Below are positions 32,864-43,784 of a stretch of 64,000 nucleotides of DNA, in pieces. Within the stretch, counting starts at the first letter, position 1. Every line of letters starts with the position of its first letter. The DNA comes from an uncultured Gemmatimonadales bacterium. GTDB taxonomy: Bacteria > Gemmatimonadota > Gemmatimonadetes > Gemmatimonadales > GWC2-71-9. The notes under the pieces were generated by a model, which worked only from the letters and a program-made list of their open reading frames with translations, had not been told where the DNA came from and ran no database searches. The stretch is from assembly GCA_963842945.1 (NCBI GenBank), contig CAWJIM010000002.1, positions 128,001-192,000 of the forward strand, written 5' to 3'. The position numbers were made by a program, and so were the translations under genes.

Positions 32864-33661
32864 ATGTCATCCTGCCCTGAGCTTCTCGATGGAATCCAAT
32901 CCGAGGAGCACGTGGTACAGCTCTACGGGAGCGACGATCGGCTCCTCACCCAGAATGTCGGCCGGTTTCTCAGTGAAGGGTTGAAACGCGGCGATGGAAT
33001 TCTGGTGATTGCCACACTGCATCACCGCAGCACACTCCGCCGCCGCCTCACAGAAGACCCTTCCTACTCCCGCGCAGTGCTTGAGGGGCGCCTGGTGTTT
33101 CTCGACGCGGAGGTCACCCTGGAGCGCCTGATGCTCCATGGAGTCCCTGATCTGGAGCGGTTTCATGCCGTGGTGGGTGAGGCACTCACCGGCGTCCGCA
33201 ACCGCGCGGTGCATTCCCGAGTGCGGGCCTACGGAGAGATGGTGGGACTGCTCTGGAAAGCCGGCGCCCGTGAGGCGGCGGTGCAATTGGAGCGACTGTG
33301 GAACGATATGCTGACGAACAGCAAGGCCAGTCTCTTCTGCGCCTATCCCATCGACATCTTGGGCCCCGACTTTCAGTCCGAAAAGGTCGACGCGCTCCTC
33401 TGCAGTCATACCCATCTTCTTCCCCTGGACTCGGGACTCGAAGAAGCGCTGGGCCGGGCCATGCAGGAGGTGCTCGGACCGCGGCTCGATGGGCTGCGTG
33501 AATCGATGCACGCCAAACATCGGCCCGCGGCTTGGGGCAAGGTCCCGCCGGCGGAAGCTCTGGTGCTCTGGCTCCGGAACAAATTGCCGGATGCGGCGGA
33601 CGAAGTTTTGGCCCGGGCACGAAAGTATTACCAGCACGCTTCGTTCTCCCCCTCAATCTGA
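32864..33661 (+). CDS. MEDS (DcmR-like sensory) domain protein
   Basis: HVVQLY, VRAYGEMVGLLW, AAVQLERLWN and LFCAYP. Confidence 0.85.
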   Translation: MSSCPELLDGIQSEEHVVQLYGSDDRLLTQNVGRFLSEGLKRGDGILVIATLHHRSTLRRRLTEDPSYSRAVLEGRLVFLDAEVTLERLMLHGVPDLERFHAVVGEALTGVRNRAVHSRVRAYGEMVGLLWKAGAREAAVQLERLWNDMLTNSKASLFCAYPIDILGPDFQSEKVDALLCSHTHLLPLDSGLEEALGRAMQEVLGPRLDGLRESMHAKHRPAAWGKVPPAEALVLWLRNKLPDAADEVLARARKYYQHASFSPSI

Positions 33662-33715
33662 CTGAGCGAACGGGACTTGCTTAACCCGAAATAGCCCGCG
33701 AACTTCCTCCCCGTT

Positions 33716-33805
<90 letters not shown>

Positions 33806-33817
33806 TCTTATGCAACA

Positions 33818-33895
33818 GCGTAAACGGTGAACAGTAAACGGTGAACGGGTGACCCCGACGCCTCCCGTTTACCGTTCACCGTTCACTGTTTACGC
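33818..33895. repeat. Heptamer tandem inverted repeat (GTRAACR / YGTTYAC) hairpin
   Basis: gcgtaaacggtgaacagtaaacggtgaacggg ... cccgtttaccgttcaccgttcactgtttacgc. Confidence 0.85.
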
Positions 33896-33901
33896 TCTTA
33901 G

Positions 33902-35346
<1,445 letters not shown>

Positions 35347-35350
<4 letters not shown>

Positions 35351-36586
35351 GGCCGTTGGCAGCACACACTGCTCTGGTCCTCGTCGTACTTGCCTCTGCC
35401 TGCTCGAAGGCACCGCCGCCGCCGCAACCGTCGCCCCAGCCCTCGGCCGAACGGGCCGACACCCTGGCCCTTCCGCCTTCCCCGCTGATCGAGCCGTCCC
35501 CACGTTCACCTTCCACCACCGCCGGCCACGGTGCGCCTGGCGTTTGTGGGCGACATCAATCTGGGCACTTCCACTCTTCCCGATGGCGTGCCGCCCGACA
35601 GCGGGCGCGCTCTTCTGAGCAAGGCTCGACCGAGTCTCACCGGTGATCTCGTGGTCGGCAACTTCGAGGGAGTGCTGGCCGACACCGGCACCTCGATCAA
35701 GTGTCTGAAGAAGGTGACCCGGCCCCACGCCGGCGGTCGGCCATCGCGTCAGCCGGCGGAAACGCTGGTCACCCGGCCCAACTGCTATGCCTTTCGCACC
35801 CCAACCTGGCTGGCTCCCCGACTGATCGAGGCCGGGTTCACTCACCTGAATCTGGCGAACAATCATGCCAACGATCTCGGTGCAGCAGGACGTGCCTCCA
35901 CTGAGCGCATACTCGACAGTCTGGGGATTCGGCTCTACGGGCCGCTCGGCAGGATCGTTGTCGATACCATCAAACGGGGAGACAGCCTCACCACTGTTGG
36001 TCTGATCGGGTTCACCACCTATCCGTTTGCCTACGACCTGCTGGATATCGAGCGGAGCGCCGCGGTGGTGGACTCCTTACGGCCCCTGGTCGATCTGCTG
36101 CTGGTGACCTTCCATGGCGGAAGCGAAGGCGCCAAGGCGGTTCACACCGGCGAGGCCGCGGAGTCTCTCGGAACTGAGCCTCGCGGCGACCTTCGCCGGT
36201 GGGCCCGGGCCGTGATCGACGCGGGTGCCGATGCCGTGATCGGTCACGGGCCCCATGTCCTACGGGGAATGGAGTTCTACCGGGGTCACCTGATCGCGTA
36301 TTCGCTGGGCAATTTCGTGACCTACCGCGGATTCAACCTTTCGGGGCCGCTCGGCGTGACCGGGGTTTTGCAGCTGGAGTTTGCCGGGCGGGGCGGTCTG
36401 CGTCGGGCACGTCTCGCGCCGATGCTCCAGCTACCGCAGAACGGGCCGGCTCCCGATCCCGAGCGCCAGGCAGTGCGACTGGTGCGTCAACTCTCGGCCG
36501 AGGACTTCGGCGCCACTGCCGCGGTGATCAACGAGAGCGGGGAGATCTGGGATCCACGCCGGTCGGGCAGAAGCGCGACACCCTAG
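35347..36586 (+). CDS. CapA/PGA_cap family metallophosphatase-like lipoprotein (indel near 35500-35530)
   Basis: ASAC lipobox; FVGDI, GNFEG, LANNHAND, FHGG, GHGPHV and YSLGNF. Confidence 0.88.
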
Positions 36587-36649
36587 CAGCTTCTTTTTCA
36601 TCGCGCTGCTCGCCTTGCCTCCTCGCTCTGGTTCACGTACTGATTCCAG

Positions 36650-37237
36650 ATGGCAACAGACGAATCCGGACCCGCGGACAACGACGCTGTGCCGGTCCCG
36701 GCAGCGATTGCTGCTACCGCGGAGCCGGTACAACTGGAAGTGGGTCTGATCCAGGACGAGCGGGTTCCGGCAGAAATGGTCTGCATGGGGACCTACCGTA
36801 ACGGACGGCTGGTTGCGCGGTCGGTGATGTCGCCCGAAGCATGGGAGCAGATCCAGACCCATGGTTTCTTCAACGCGCCGCTGCAGGTCGTGCTGGTCGC
36901 GCGGGTAGCGCCGCCCGGCCTGCAGTGCCAGCTGTTTGCCATGGTGCCCCTGCCGGAGGAGCTCGAAGAGCCGGAAGAGCCATGGAGTGCGAGCGTGCCG
37001 AGCTCGTCCTACGAAGCGTCGCTGGCGGAGGGTGCGGCTGAGTCAGAGGATCCGGAAGTTGCGCCGGTCCCGCTGGGGAACATCGTGCGTTACCAGCGAG
37101 ACCGGGTGCATCCCGAGAGTCTTCCCCTCGAGACCGCGGACATTCTCAAGAAGATCATCGAAGGTGAAGCCGCCGAGGTGGTGGACCGGGCGCTGGCGGA
37201 TCTGCTGGGGCTGGATGGGGGGGAAGAGAAAGCGTGA
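36650..37237 (+). CDS. Hypothetical protein (acidic)
   Basis: Intact 195-aa ORF with coding-like codon usage. Confidence 0.7.
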   Translation: MATDESGPADNDAVPVPAAIAATAEPVQLEVGLIQDERVPAEMVCMGTYRNGRLVARSVMSPEAWEQIQTHGFFNAPLQVVLVARVAPPGLQCQLFAMVPLPEELEEPEEPWSASVPSSSYEASLAEGAAESEDPEVAPVPLGNIVRYQRDRVHPESLPLETADILKKIIEGEAAEVVDRALADLLGLDGGEEKA

Positions 37238-37273
37238 GCGGTAATGCCGCGTGAGCATGGCCCCGCTCACGCT
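37231..37273. terminator. Hairpin between convergent genes
   Basis: agcgtgagcgg (37231-37241) / ccgctcacgct (37263-37273). Confidence 0.45.
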
Positions 37274-37284
37274 CCAGCTGCCGC

Positions 37285-38193
37285 CTACGGCGTAAGCGGC
37301 TCCTCCGGCGGCGGCGCGGTGCGCTGGTTCTTCTGAAACTCGCGCTCCCGCTCCTTCCGCTCCCGCATCTCCCGAATCATGGTTTTGAACTCTTCCATGT
37401 TCTGGGCCCGCTGCGCCGCATACATCAGATCGCCGCGCAGATCCATGAGATGATTGTAGGCACGATTCTGGTCGATGTTTCCGGCTGGAATCGGAAGCAG
37501 GGCCAGCACCGCGGCCGGAATTTTCAATCCGGCAATGTAGATGTTCTTGCCATCCAGTCCGAACTTCTTCCCTGCAACCTGTGTGGTCCAGCTCGGCAGC
37601 CCCTGGTTGCGGTTGGCCGGATCATTGGCGATCGAGTCGAGATACGCCTGGACGATGCTGGTGACCGCGCTGTCGAGCAGCTCCGCCCGGCTGCGCGTGA
37701 GCCGCTGCGCCAACTCTTTGGGCGGAAGCGGAAGCGGACGTACCCACAGTCTGCCCTGGGCCAGGTCGGGACCTATCCGGCCCAGCGCGTCCGCCAGCGG
37801 CCGACGTGGCGCAGGCTGCGCCCGTGGCGTGCTGCCGGTGTCGGCGGCGGCCCGTTCAGGCGGCTTCTCCGGCAATGCCGCAACCGCCTTGCGAGGAGGA
37901 GTCGGCAGCGCCGGCCGCGACAGACGGTTTCCCCGGGCGCGCTCGCCTTCAGCCGGCGCACGGTCGTTCCGATTGGCCTGAGCCTCGGGCGGCTGATAGC
38001 GCATCGGTAGGTCCTCTCGCCCCTCGGATGGCGGCGAAAGCACGATCAACTGCCGAGGCAGCCTGGGAAGGGTAGGCCGGCGGCCGCTTACCGAGGTGAA
38101 AAGGAGGAGGCTGTGCACCAGCACGCTGGCCCCAATGGCAATCCAGGGCCAGGGCCTGCGCCGGGGAAGCCGGACATCAAACGGAGGTCGCAA
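37285..38193 (-). CDS. Hypothetical membrane-anchored protein
   Basis: N-terminal TM with SVLVHSLLL (TonB/TolA-like S-x3-H anchor), Pro-rich linker, helical C-terminus; overlaps the aminotransferase stop. Confidence 0.7.
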   Translation of the reverse strand: MRPPFDVRLPRRRPWPWIAIGASVLVHSLLLFTSVSGRRPTLPRLPRQLIVLSPPSEGREDLPMRYQPPEAQANRNDRAPAEGERARGNRLSRPALPTPPRKAVAALPEKPPERAAADTGSTPRAQPAPRRPLADALGRIGPDLAQGRLWVRPLPLPPKELAQRLTRSRAELLDSAVTSIVQAYLDSIANDPANRNQGLPSWTTQVAGKKFGLDGKNIYIAGLKIPAAVLALLPIPAGNIDQNRAYNHLMDLRGDLMYAAQRAQNMEEFKTMIREMRERKEREREFQKNQRTAPPPEEPLTP

Positions 38194-39371
38194 CCGGCCC
38201 TCGACGGACTTCTTTCAACACCTCGCCTAACCGCACGGCGGCTGCCTTGAGCCGATCCGCTCCGACCGTCAGCGCGATTCGAAAGAATCCTTCACCAGCA
38301 GGCCCAAAGGCACTGCCCGGCAGCACCACCACTCCATTCTGCTCCAGGGCATGCTTGGCAAAGGAGGCGGAGCTGGTGCCGGGGAGAGGCACCCAGAGAT
38401 ACATGGCGGCCTTGGGCGGATCGACCTTGAAGCCGGACTGAATCAGCGCCGCTACCGCCGCATCCCGGCGTCTCTGCAGCTCGGCACGGATCGGGGCAAC
38501 CAGCTCCTCGCTGTGCTCCAGGGCCGCGGCTCCGGCCTTCTGCACGGCCAGGAAGGGTCCGGTATCCACATACGACTTCACCCGGGTGAGCGCGCCGATC
38601 AGCTCGGCTCGGCCCGCGGCAAATCCCACCCGCCACCCAGTCATCGAATAGCTCTTCGAGAGGGAGAAGAACTCGAGGGCAACATCGCGGGCACCGGCGA
38701 TCTCGAAGATGCTGGGCGCGCGGTAGCCGTCGAAGGTGAGCTCGCAGTAGGCATTGTCGTAGGCCAGCAGGATCCCGTGGCGGCGGCAGGCGGCGACCGT
38801 TCGCTCAAGATATTCCACGGGAGCGATGGCCGCTGTCGGATTATTGGGATAGTTAACGAAAACGATTTTGGCTCGCCGCAGGACGTCGCTCGGGAAGCTG
38901 ATCCAGCTCCAGCAGGAACTCGTTTTCCGGCAGCAGCGGGGCGATGTACGGCTCGGACCCGGAGAGGAGTGCGCCGCCGAGGTACGCCTGGTACCCCGGC
39001 TCAGGCACGATTGCCACGTCGCCCGGATTGATCACCGCCATCGGCAGGTGCGACAGCCCCTCTTTCGAGCCGATGAGTGGGAGGATCTCGGTGAACGGAT
39101 CGAACCGCTGGCCAAAGCGCCGCTCGATCCAGCGGGACGCGGCCTGGCGGAATTCGGGAAGTCCCTGCTGAAAGCCGTACTTGCTCAACAGGGGGTTTCG
39201 CAGAGCCTCCGTCATCGTCTCCACGGCGACGTCGGGCGGCGGCGTGTCGTTGTCGCCCGCACCGAGATCGATGACATCCACTCCGGCTTCGATGAGCCGA
39301 CGCTTGATCGTGGGAATTTCGGCCAGAGGATAGCCGGGGAGACGCTGCAGCCGCTGACTGAAGCCGATCAT
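38177..39371 (-). CDS. PLP-dependent class I/II aminotransferase (LL-DAP aminotransferase-like; indel near 38880)
   Basis: LIGSKEG, NYPNNPT, YDNAY and SLSKSYSMTGWRVG. Confidence 0.9.
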
Positions 39372-39991
39372 TGGCCGTCCTGGCGAACAGGGTTCGAGAG
39401 GATGCCCACTCCACTGATCTCTACTTCCACCACATCCCGATCCTTTAGTGGCCCGGTTCCGGCGGGCGTACCGGTCGCGATGAGATCGCCCGGCTCGAGG
39501 GTCATGACCCCGCTGAGAAAGGACACGAGCTCAGGAATGGAAAAGTGCATGTCGGTTGCTCTTGCGCGCTGCCGCTCAACGCCATTCACGCGGCAACAGA
39601 GCTCCAAATTGCGCCAGTCCAGCCCGCCGGCAACCCGGGGGCCCACCGGACAGAAGGTGTCGAACCCTTTGGCCCTGCCCCACTGCCCATCGCTCTTCTG
39701 CAGATCCCGACAGGTCACATCGTTCACGCAAACGTACCCTTCAATGCCTCGCTCGGCGGAGGCAGGATCGGCATTCCGAAGCCGACGGGCGATGACCACC
39801 CCGATCTCGGCTTCGAACTCCACTCGCTGGCAGATCGACGGGAGCACGATCGAGTCTCCCGGACCGATGAGTGAGCTGGGCGGCTTGAAGAACACCATGG
39901 GCACCTGAGGCAGCTCGTTGCCCAGCTCCCGAGCATGCTCGAGGTAGTTCCGGCCGATCCCGATGATCTTCGATGGCTGGAGCGGCATCAT
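39368..39991 (-). CDS. Fumarylacetoacetate hydrolase family protein
   Basis: GRNYLEH, FEAEIG, NDVTCRD, AKGFDTFCP and TGTPAG. Confidence 0.93.
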   Translation of the reverse strand: MMPLQPSKIIGIGRNYLEHARELGNELPQVPMVFFKPPSSLIGPGDSIVLPSICQRVEFEAEIGVVIARRLRNADPASAERGIEGYVCVNDVTCRDLQKSDGQWGRAKGFDTFCPVGPRVAGGLDWRNLELCCRVNGVERQRARATDMHFSIPELVSFLSGVMTLEPGDLIATGTPAGTGPLKDRDVVEVEISGVGILSNPVRQDGQ

Positions 39992-42492
39992 ACGATGGCA
40001 CCGATGTTCTGCCGGGCAAAGAAGTCCTCACATTTCGTCCGGACCTGGGACCAACTCCCGACGATGCGATCGGCTCTGGGAAGCCCGCTCAGCAGGAGCG
40101 GTCCGTACCGCTTGGTGACGACTCGGCTATCCAGCAGCACCACAATACCGGTGTCCTGGCTACTCCGGATCAATCGGCCGAATCCCTGCTTCAACTTGAG
40201 GGCCGCGTGCGGCACCAGATAGTGCATGAACCCATCCAGCCCCTCTTCAGCCAGGCGCTCGAGTCTCGCCGCAGTGATCGGCTCGGACGGCACCTTGAAA
40301 GGTAGTTTGTTCAGAATGAGGGCGCGGAGCGCCCGTCCCGGCACATCCACTCCCTCCCAGAAGGAGTCGGTACCCAGGAGAATTGCGTTTTCGGCATCGC
40401 GGAATCTTTGCAGGAGCACATCACGGGGGGCCTCCCCCTGAACCAGCAGCGGCCAGCGAGCAGCCAAGCCTCCGCCCCGGAGCTCCTGTGCGGCCCGGCG
40501 TAGGGCGCTGTGGCTGGTAAACAGTACGAACATTCCACCATCCGAAGCGTACGCCAGATCGGTGACCACCTGGACCACCGCCGCTCCATGTCCCGGCTCG
40601 TCTACGCGCGGCTCCGGCAGATCGTTGGGCACGCCGAATACACACTGAGACGCGTAATCGAATGGAGACGGAAGTATTTCCCTCACTCGTACGGGCGAGG
40701 ACTCACCGCTCAGGCCAAGCCGGGACTCGAGGAACTCGAAGTCACCTGCCGCCGCCAGCGTTGCGCTGGTCAGCACGACGGTATCCAGCCGATCGAACAG
40801 CAGCTGCCGCAGCAGGGGCGCCAGATCGAGCGGAACTACGGAGAGGTTGACGTGCTGTCCGCGGGCGCTGCGCTCCATCCAGCGCACGCTGGGCGGTCCC
40901 CCGGGTGCCGGTCGCAAGGCGCGATTCAAGCCGTCGGACATGGTCTCCAGCCGGCGCATCACCCCGCGCAGCTCCTGAAGCAGCTGTTCCCGGCGCTCGG
41001 TTTCTTCGGCCTGGCTGAGGCGGTCGGCGATGATCTCCACTGTTTCCCTGAGCCCCCTGAACGCTCCGAGCGTAGCATCCAGATCGAAGCCGAGGCCCTG
41101 GTTCCAGATGGGATCGGCGGCGAAACTGTCCTCCAGCCGGAGCTGTCCCCCGGGAATATCCTCCAAGCGTTCCAGCAATCGAAGGAACAGCGCCTCGCTG
41201 GCCCGGCGCGCATCGGCAATGGCCGGCAAGAGGCGTTGCTGAAGCAGATCGAGGCTCGCCCGGCTCATCAGGTCGGAGTGGCTTTGGAGCTCATAGGAGA
41301 GGGTGGGAGCCAGACCCCGGCCGTTGCGCTCGAAGCGGCCCAGCAGGCGCCGCACGGCGCGACTGCTCACCTGAATGCCGAGGTGATTGGCGGCGACGTC
41401 TTCCAGGTGATGCGCTTCGTCCAGGATCAGCCTTCGGTACGGAGGCAGCACCGCCGCCTCCTGCCAGTTGTCCGAAGCCTGGCGGACCGACAGATCGGCC
41501 GCGAGCAGATGGTGGTTGACCACGACGACGTCCGCCTCGGCCGCGCGCCGCCGGGCGCGGAAGAGGAAGCACCGATCGAAATGAGGACACTTGAGACGGG
41601 TGCAGAGATCCGGCTCGGCGCTGACCTCGTCCCATACCTCTGCGGTGGGGGTGACCGGCAGATCGCTCAGCGTGCCATCAGCGGTGTGCCCGGCCCATTC
41701 GGCAATGCCGAGCAGCTCGTCCAGCTTGTCCTGCTCGAGCAACGTACGCTGGCCCGAGACCGCCTGATGCATTCGAGCCAGACAGAGATAGTTCCGCCAA
41801 CCCTTGAGCAGCGCGAAAGTGGGGGAGTACTCCTCATCGGAAAGCGCGCGGCGAAGCAGCGGCAGATCCTTGCCTACCAGCTGCTCCTGCAGGTTGATCG
41901 TGTTGGTGCTCACTACAGTGCGCTCACTGTTGGCCCGGGCCCAGGCCAGCGCCGGCACCAGATAGGCGAAAGACTTCCCCACCCCCGTGCCCGCTTCCAG
42001 CAGCTGAACCCCGCCATCGTTGTAGCCGTCCGCGATGTAGGCGGCCATGTCGCGCTGGCTCTGACGGTCTTCGTAGCGGGTGAGCTGGGCGGCTACCGGG
42101 CCATTCTCGCTCAGGGCCTCGACCACGTCGTAGGCATCGATGCGAACCACCGGGCGCTCTCGCGGCACCTCCACCACGACATAGAGCTCAGTGGCGTCGT
42201 TATTCAGGATGCCGAAGCCGACCCCTGCATCGTGCAGATGGGCCGCCACATTGAGATCCGCAACCGAGGGGTCCAGTCTGCCGCTGGGGTGATTGTGAAG
42301 CAGCAGCTCACCCCGCCGGGCGCCGGCGGGGAGCGCCAGGACCATCTCCACCGTGCCTCGTGCGACCACCCGAGCACCGGTGATCACACCATCCCGATCT
42401 ACGGTCGCGATGAACGACACTTCGCGTCCGCCGGCGGCGGAGATTTCGCTCGCCAGATAGGCCCGCACTCCGGGCGCGATCCGCTCGCTCAA
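39988..42492 (-). CDS. DinG family Fe-S helicase with N-terminal JAB/RadC-like domain
   Basis: HNHPSG..PS..D JAB motif; EAGTGVGKS, DEAHH, Fe-S Cys, FWEGVDVPG and QGFGRLIRS. Confidence 0.92.
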   Translation of the reverse strand: MSERIAPGVRAYLASEISAAGGREVSFIATVDRDGVITGARVVARGTVEMVLALPAGARRGELLLHNHPSGRLDPSVADLNVAAHLHDAGVGFGILNNDATELYVVVEVPRERPVVRIDAYDVVEALSENGPVAAQLTRYEDRQSQRDMAAYIADGYNDGGVQLLEAGTGVGKSFAYLVPALAWARANSERTVVSTNTINLQEQLVGKDLPLLRRALSDEEYSPTFALLKGWRNYLCLARMHQAVSGQRTLLEQDKLDELLGIAEWAGHTADGTLSDLPVTPTAEVWDEVSAEPDLCTRLKCPHFDRCFLFRARRRAAEADVVVVNHHLLAADLSVRQASDNWQEAAVLPPYRRLILDEAHHLEDVAANHLGIQVSSRAVRRLLGRFERNGRGLAPTLSYELQSHSDLMSRASLDLLQQRLLPAIADARRASEALFLRLLERLEDIPGGQLRLEDSFAADPIWNQGLGFDLDATLGAFRGLRETVEIIADRLSQAEETERREQLLQELRGVMRRLETMSDGLNRALRPAPGGPPSVRWMERSARGQHVNLSVVPLDLAPLLRQLLFDRLDTVVLTSATLAAAGDFEFLESRLGLSGESSPVRVREILPSPFDYASQCVFGVPNDLPEPRVDEPGHGAAVVQVVTDLAYASDGGMFVLFTSHSALRRAAQELRGGGLAARWPLLVQGEAPRDVLLQRFRDAENAILLGTDSFWEGVDVPGRALRALILNKLPFKVPSEPITAARLERLAEEGLDGFMHYLVPHAALKLKQGFGRLIRSSQDTGIVVLLDSRVVTKRYGPLLLSGLPRADRIVGSWSQVRTKCEDFFARQNIGAIV

Positions 42493-43784
42493 GTCTTGAG
42501 CTCTTTCTTCTTGGCCGCGGGAAACAGGACGTTGTTCAGGATCAGCCGGTATCCCGGCGAGTGGGGATGCAGGGAGAGGTCGGTCGGTACATCACCGATC
42601 TGATGCTGGGGATCCTCCGGATCGTGGCCTCCGAAGAACGTCCAGGTACCTTGCCCGTGCTCGCCATGAATGTATTTGACCCAGGGTGCGCCGGTCTCCT
42701 CACCCAGAACCGTGACGCTGGGCTTCAGCGTCTTACGGCTGAAGGAGGTGGTGAGACCGTAGAAGTCGGGAATGACCTGGCGATGGCTCTGGACCAGCAT
42801 GGTGGCGACGGGATCGATTTTGGCGCTGAAGTTGAACAGGGTAAACGATCCCAGCGGCTGGCGATGCTCCGGCGAGTTGACCTGGTGCCCGTCGATATCG
42901 GAGTACACGGCAATGGTCGGACTCAGCTCCAGCTCGGCGTTCTGGAACGCGAGCGTGCGCTTCCAGTTCATCTTGGCGCTGGCGTTCGGGTCCATGGGGG
43001 TGCCGTCGGCGTAGGAGGCAGCGATGTCCACCTTGTCCGCGGCCAGCGCCAGGTCGAGCGTCTCGGTGGCGGTGCACATCGCAAAGAGGAATCCGCCGCG
43101 CTCCACGAAGTTCGCAATCCCGATGGCCACGGCCTGCTTTTCGGCCGGTACCGAGACAAATCCCTGCGCCTGCGCCATGGCGCGGTTCCGCTCGACCATC
43201 TCCACCAGCCAGGGTGCTCCCGCGTAGTTCAGGAAAAACTTCGAATACTGGCCGGTGAAATCCTCATGGTGCAGATGGAGCCAGTCGTAGTTCTTCAGTT
43301 TCTGATCCAGCACCTCCCCATCCCAGATCTTCTCGAAATCGATACCGGCATAATTCAGCGCCATGGTGACGGCATCGTCCCAGGGCGGCGCGTTCGGTGG
43401 GGCATAGACCGCGACCTTCGGCGGTTTCTCCAGCGGAACGGCATCCATGTTCCCGCCCTGCAGGACACCCCGCGTTTCCGCCAGACGTCCGTCATCAATC
43501 GGCTCCACCGTGACGCCGGCAAGTGCCGCGTCCCTGGCGGTGGCGGTGTCTCCCGGCAGGAGAAAGGACCCGTTTCGGAAGTTGAGAAACCACTCTGCCT
43601 TCGCGCCCCGCTTCAGGGCCCGATAGGCGACGCCGTAGGCCTTGAGATGATCCGCCTGCGCGTCATCCATGGGAACCAGCAGCCATGGTGCCGACGTGCG
43701 ACCGGTGAAGAATCGGGCAGACAGCACCGGATGCAGAGCCGCCAGCCCGGTGCCGGTTCGGACGACAAACTCCCTCCGCTTCAT
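42489..43784 (-). CDS. Tat-exported class I glutamine-amidotransferase-like conserved protein
   Basis: MKRREFV twin-arginine signal; HLKAYG, PWDDAV, WLHLHHEDFTGQ, GGFLFAMC and GGHDPED. Confidence 0.7.
   Translation of the reverse strand: MKRREFVVRTGTGLAALHPVLSARFFTGRTSAPWLLVPMDDAQADHLKAYGVAYRALKRGAKAEWFLNFRNGSFLLPGDTATARDAALAGVTVEPIDDGRLAETRGVLQGGNMDAVPLEKPPKVAVYAPPNAPPWDDAVTMALNYAGIDFEKIWDGEVLDQKLKNYDWLHLHHEDFTGQYSKFFLNYAGAPWLVEMVERNRAMAQAQGFVSVPAEKQAVAIGIANFVERGGFLFAMCTATETLDLALAADKVDIAASYADGTPMDPNASAKMNWKRTLAFQNAELELSPTIAVYSDIDGHQVNSPEHRQPLGSFTLFNFSAKIDPVATMLVQSHRQVIPDFYGLTTSFSRKTLKPSVTVLGEETGAPWVKYIHGEHGQGTWTFFGGHDPEDPQHQIGDVPTDLSLHPHSPGYRLILNNVLFPAAKKKELKT

Noticed and set aside
33818..33895. 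CRISPR array or iterons
   Set aside because: Units are 7-bp degenerate tandem repeats without unique spacers, and no cas or rep genes are present in the window.
40510..42603. Long antisense ORFs (697 aa here; also 220-1449, 42561-43832, 56060-57532)
   Set aside because: These are shadow ORFs expected opposite high-GC3 genes and have no recognisable motifs.
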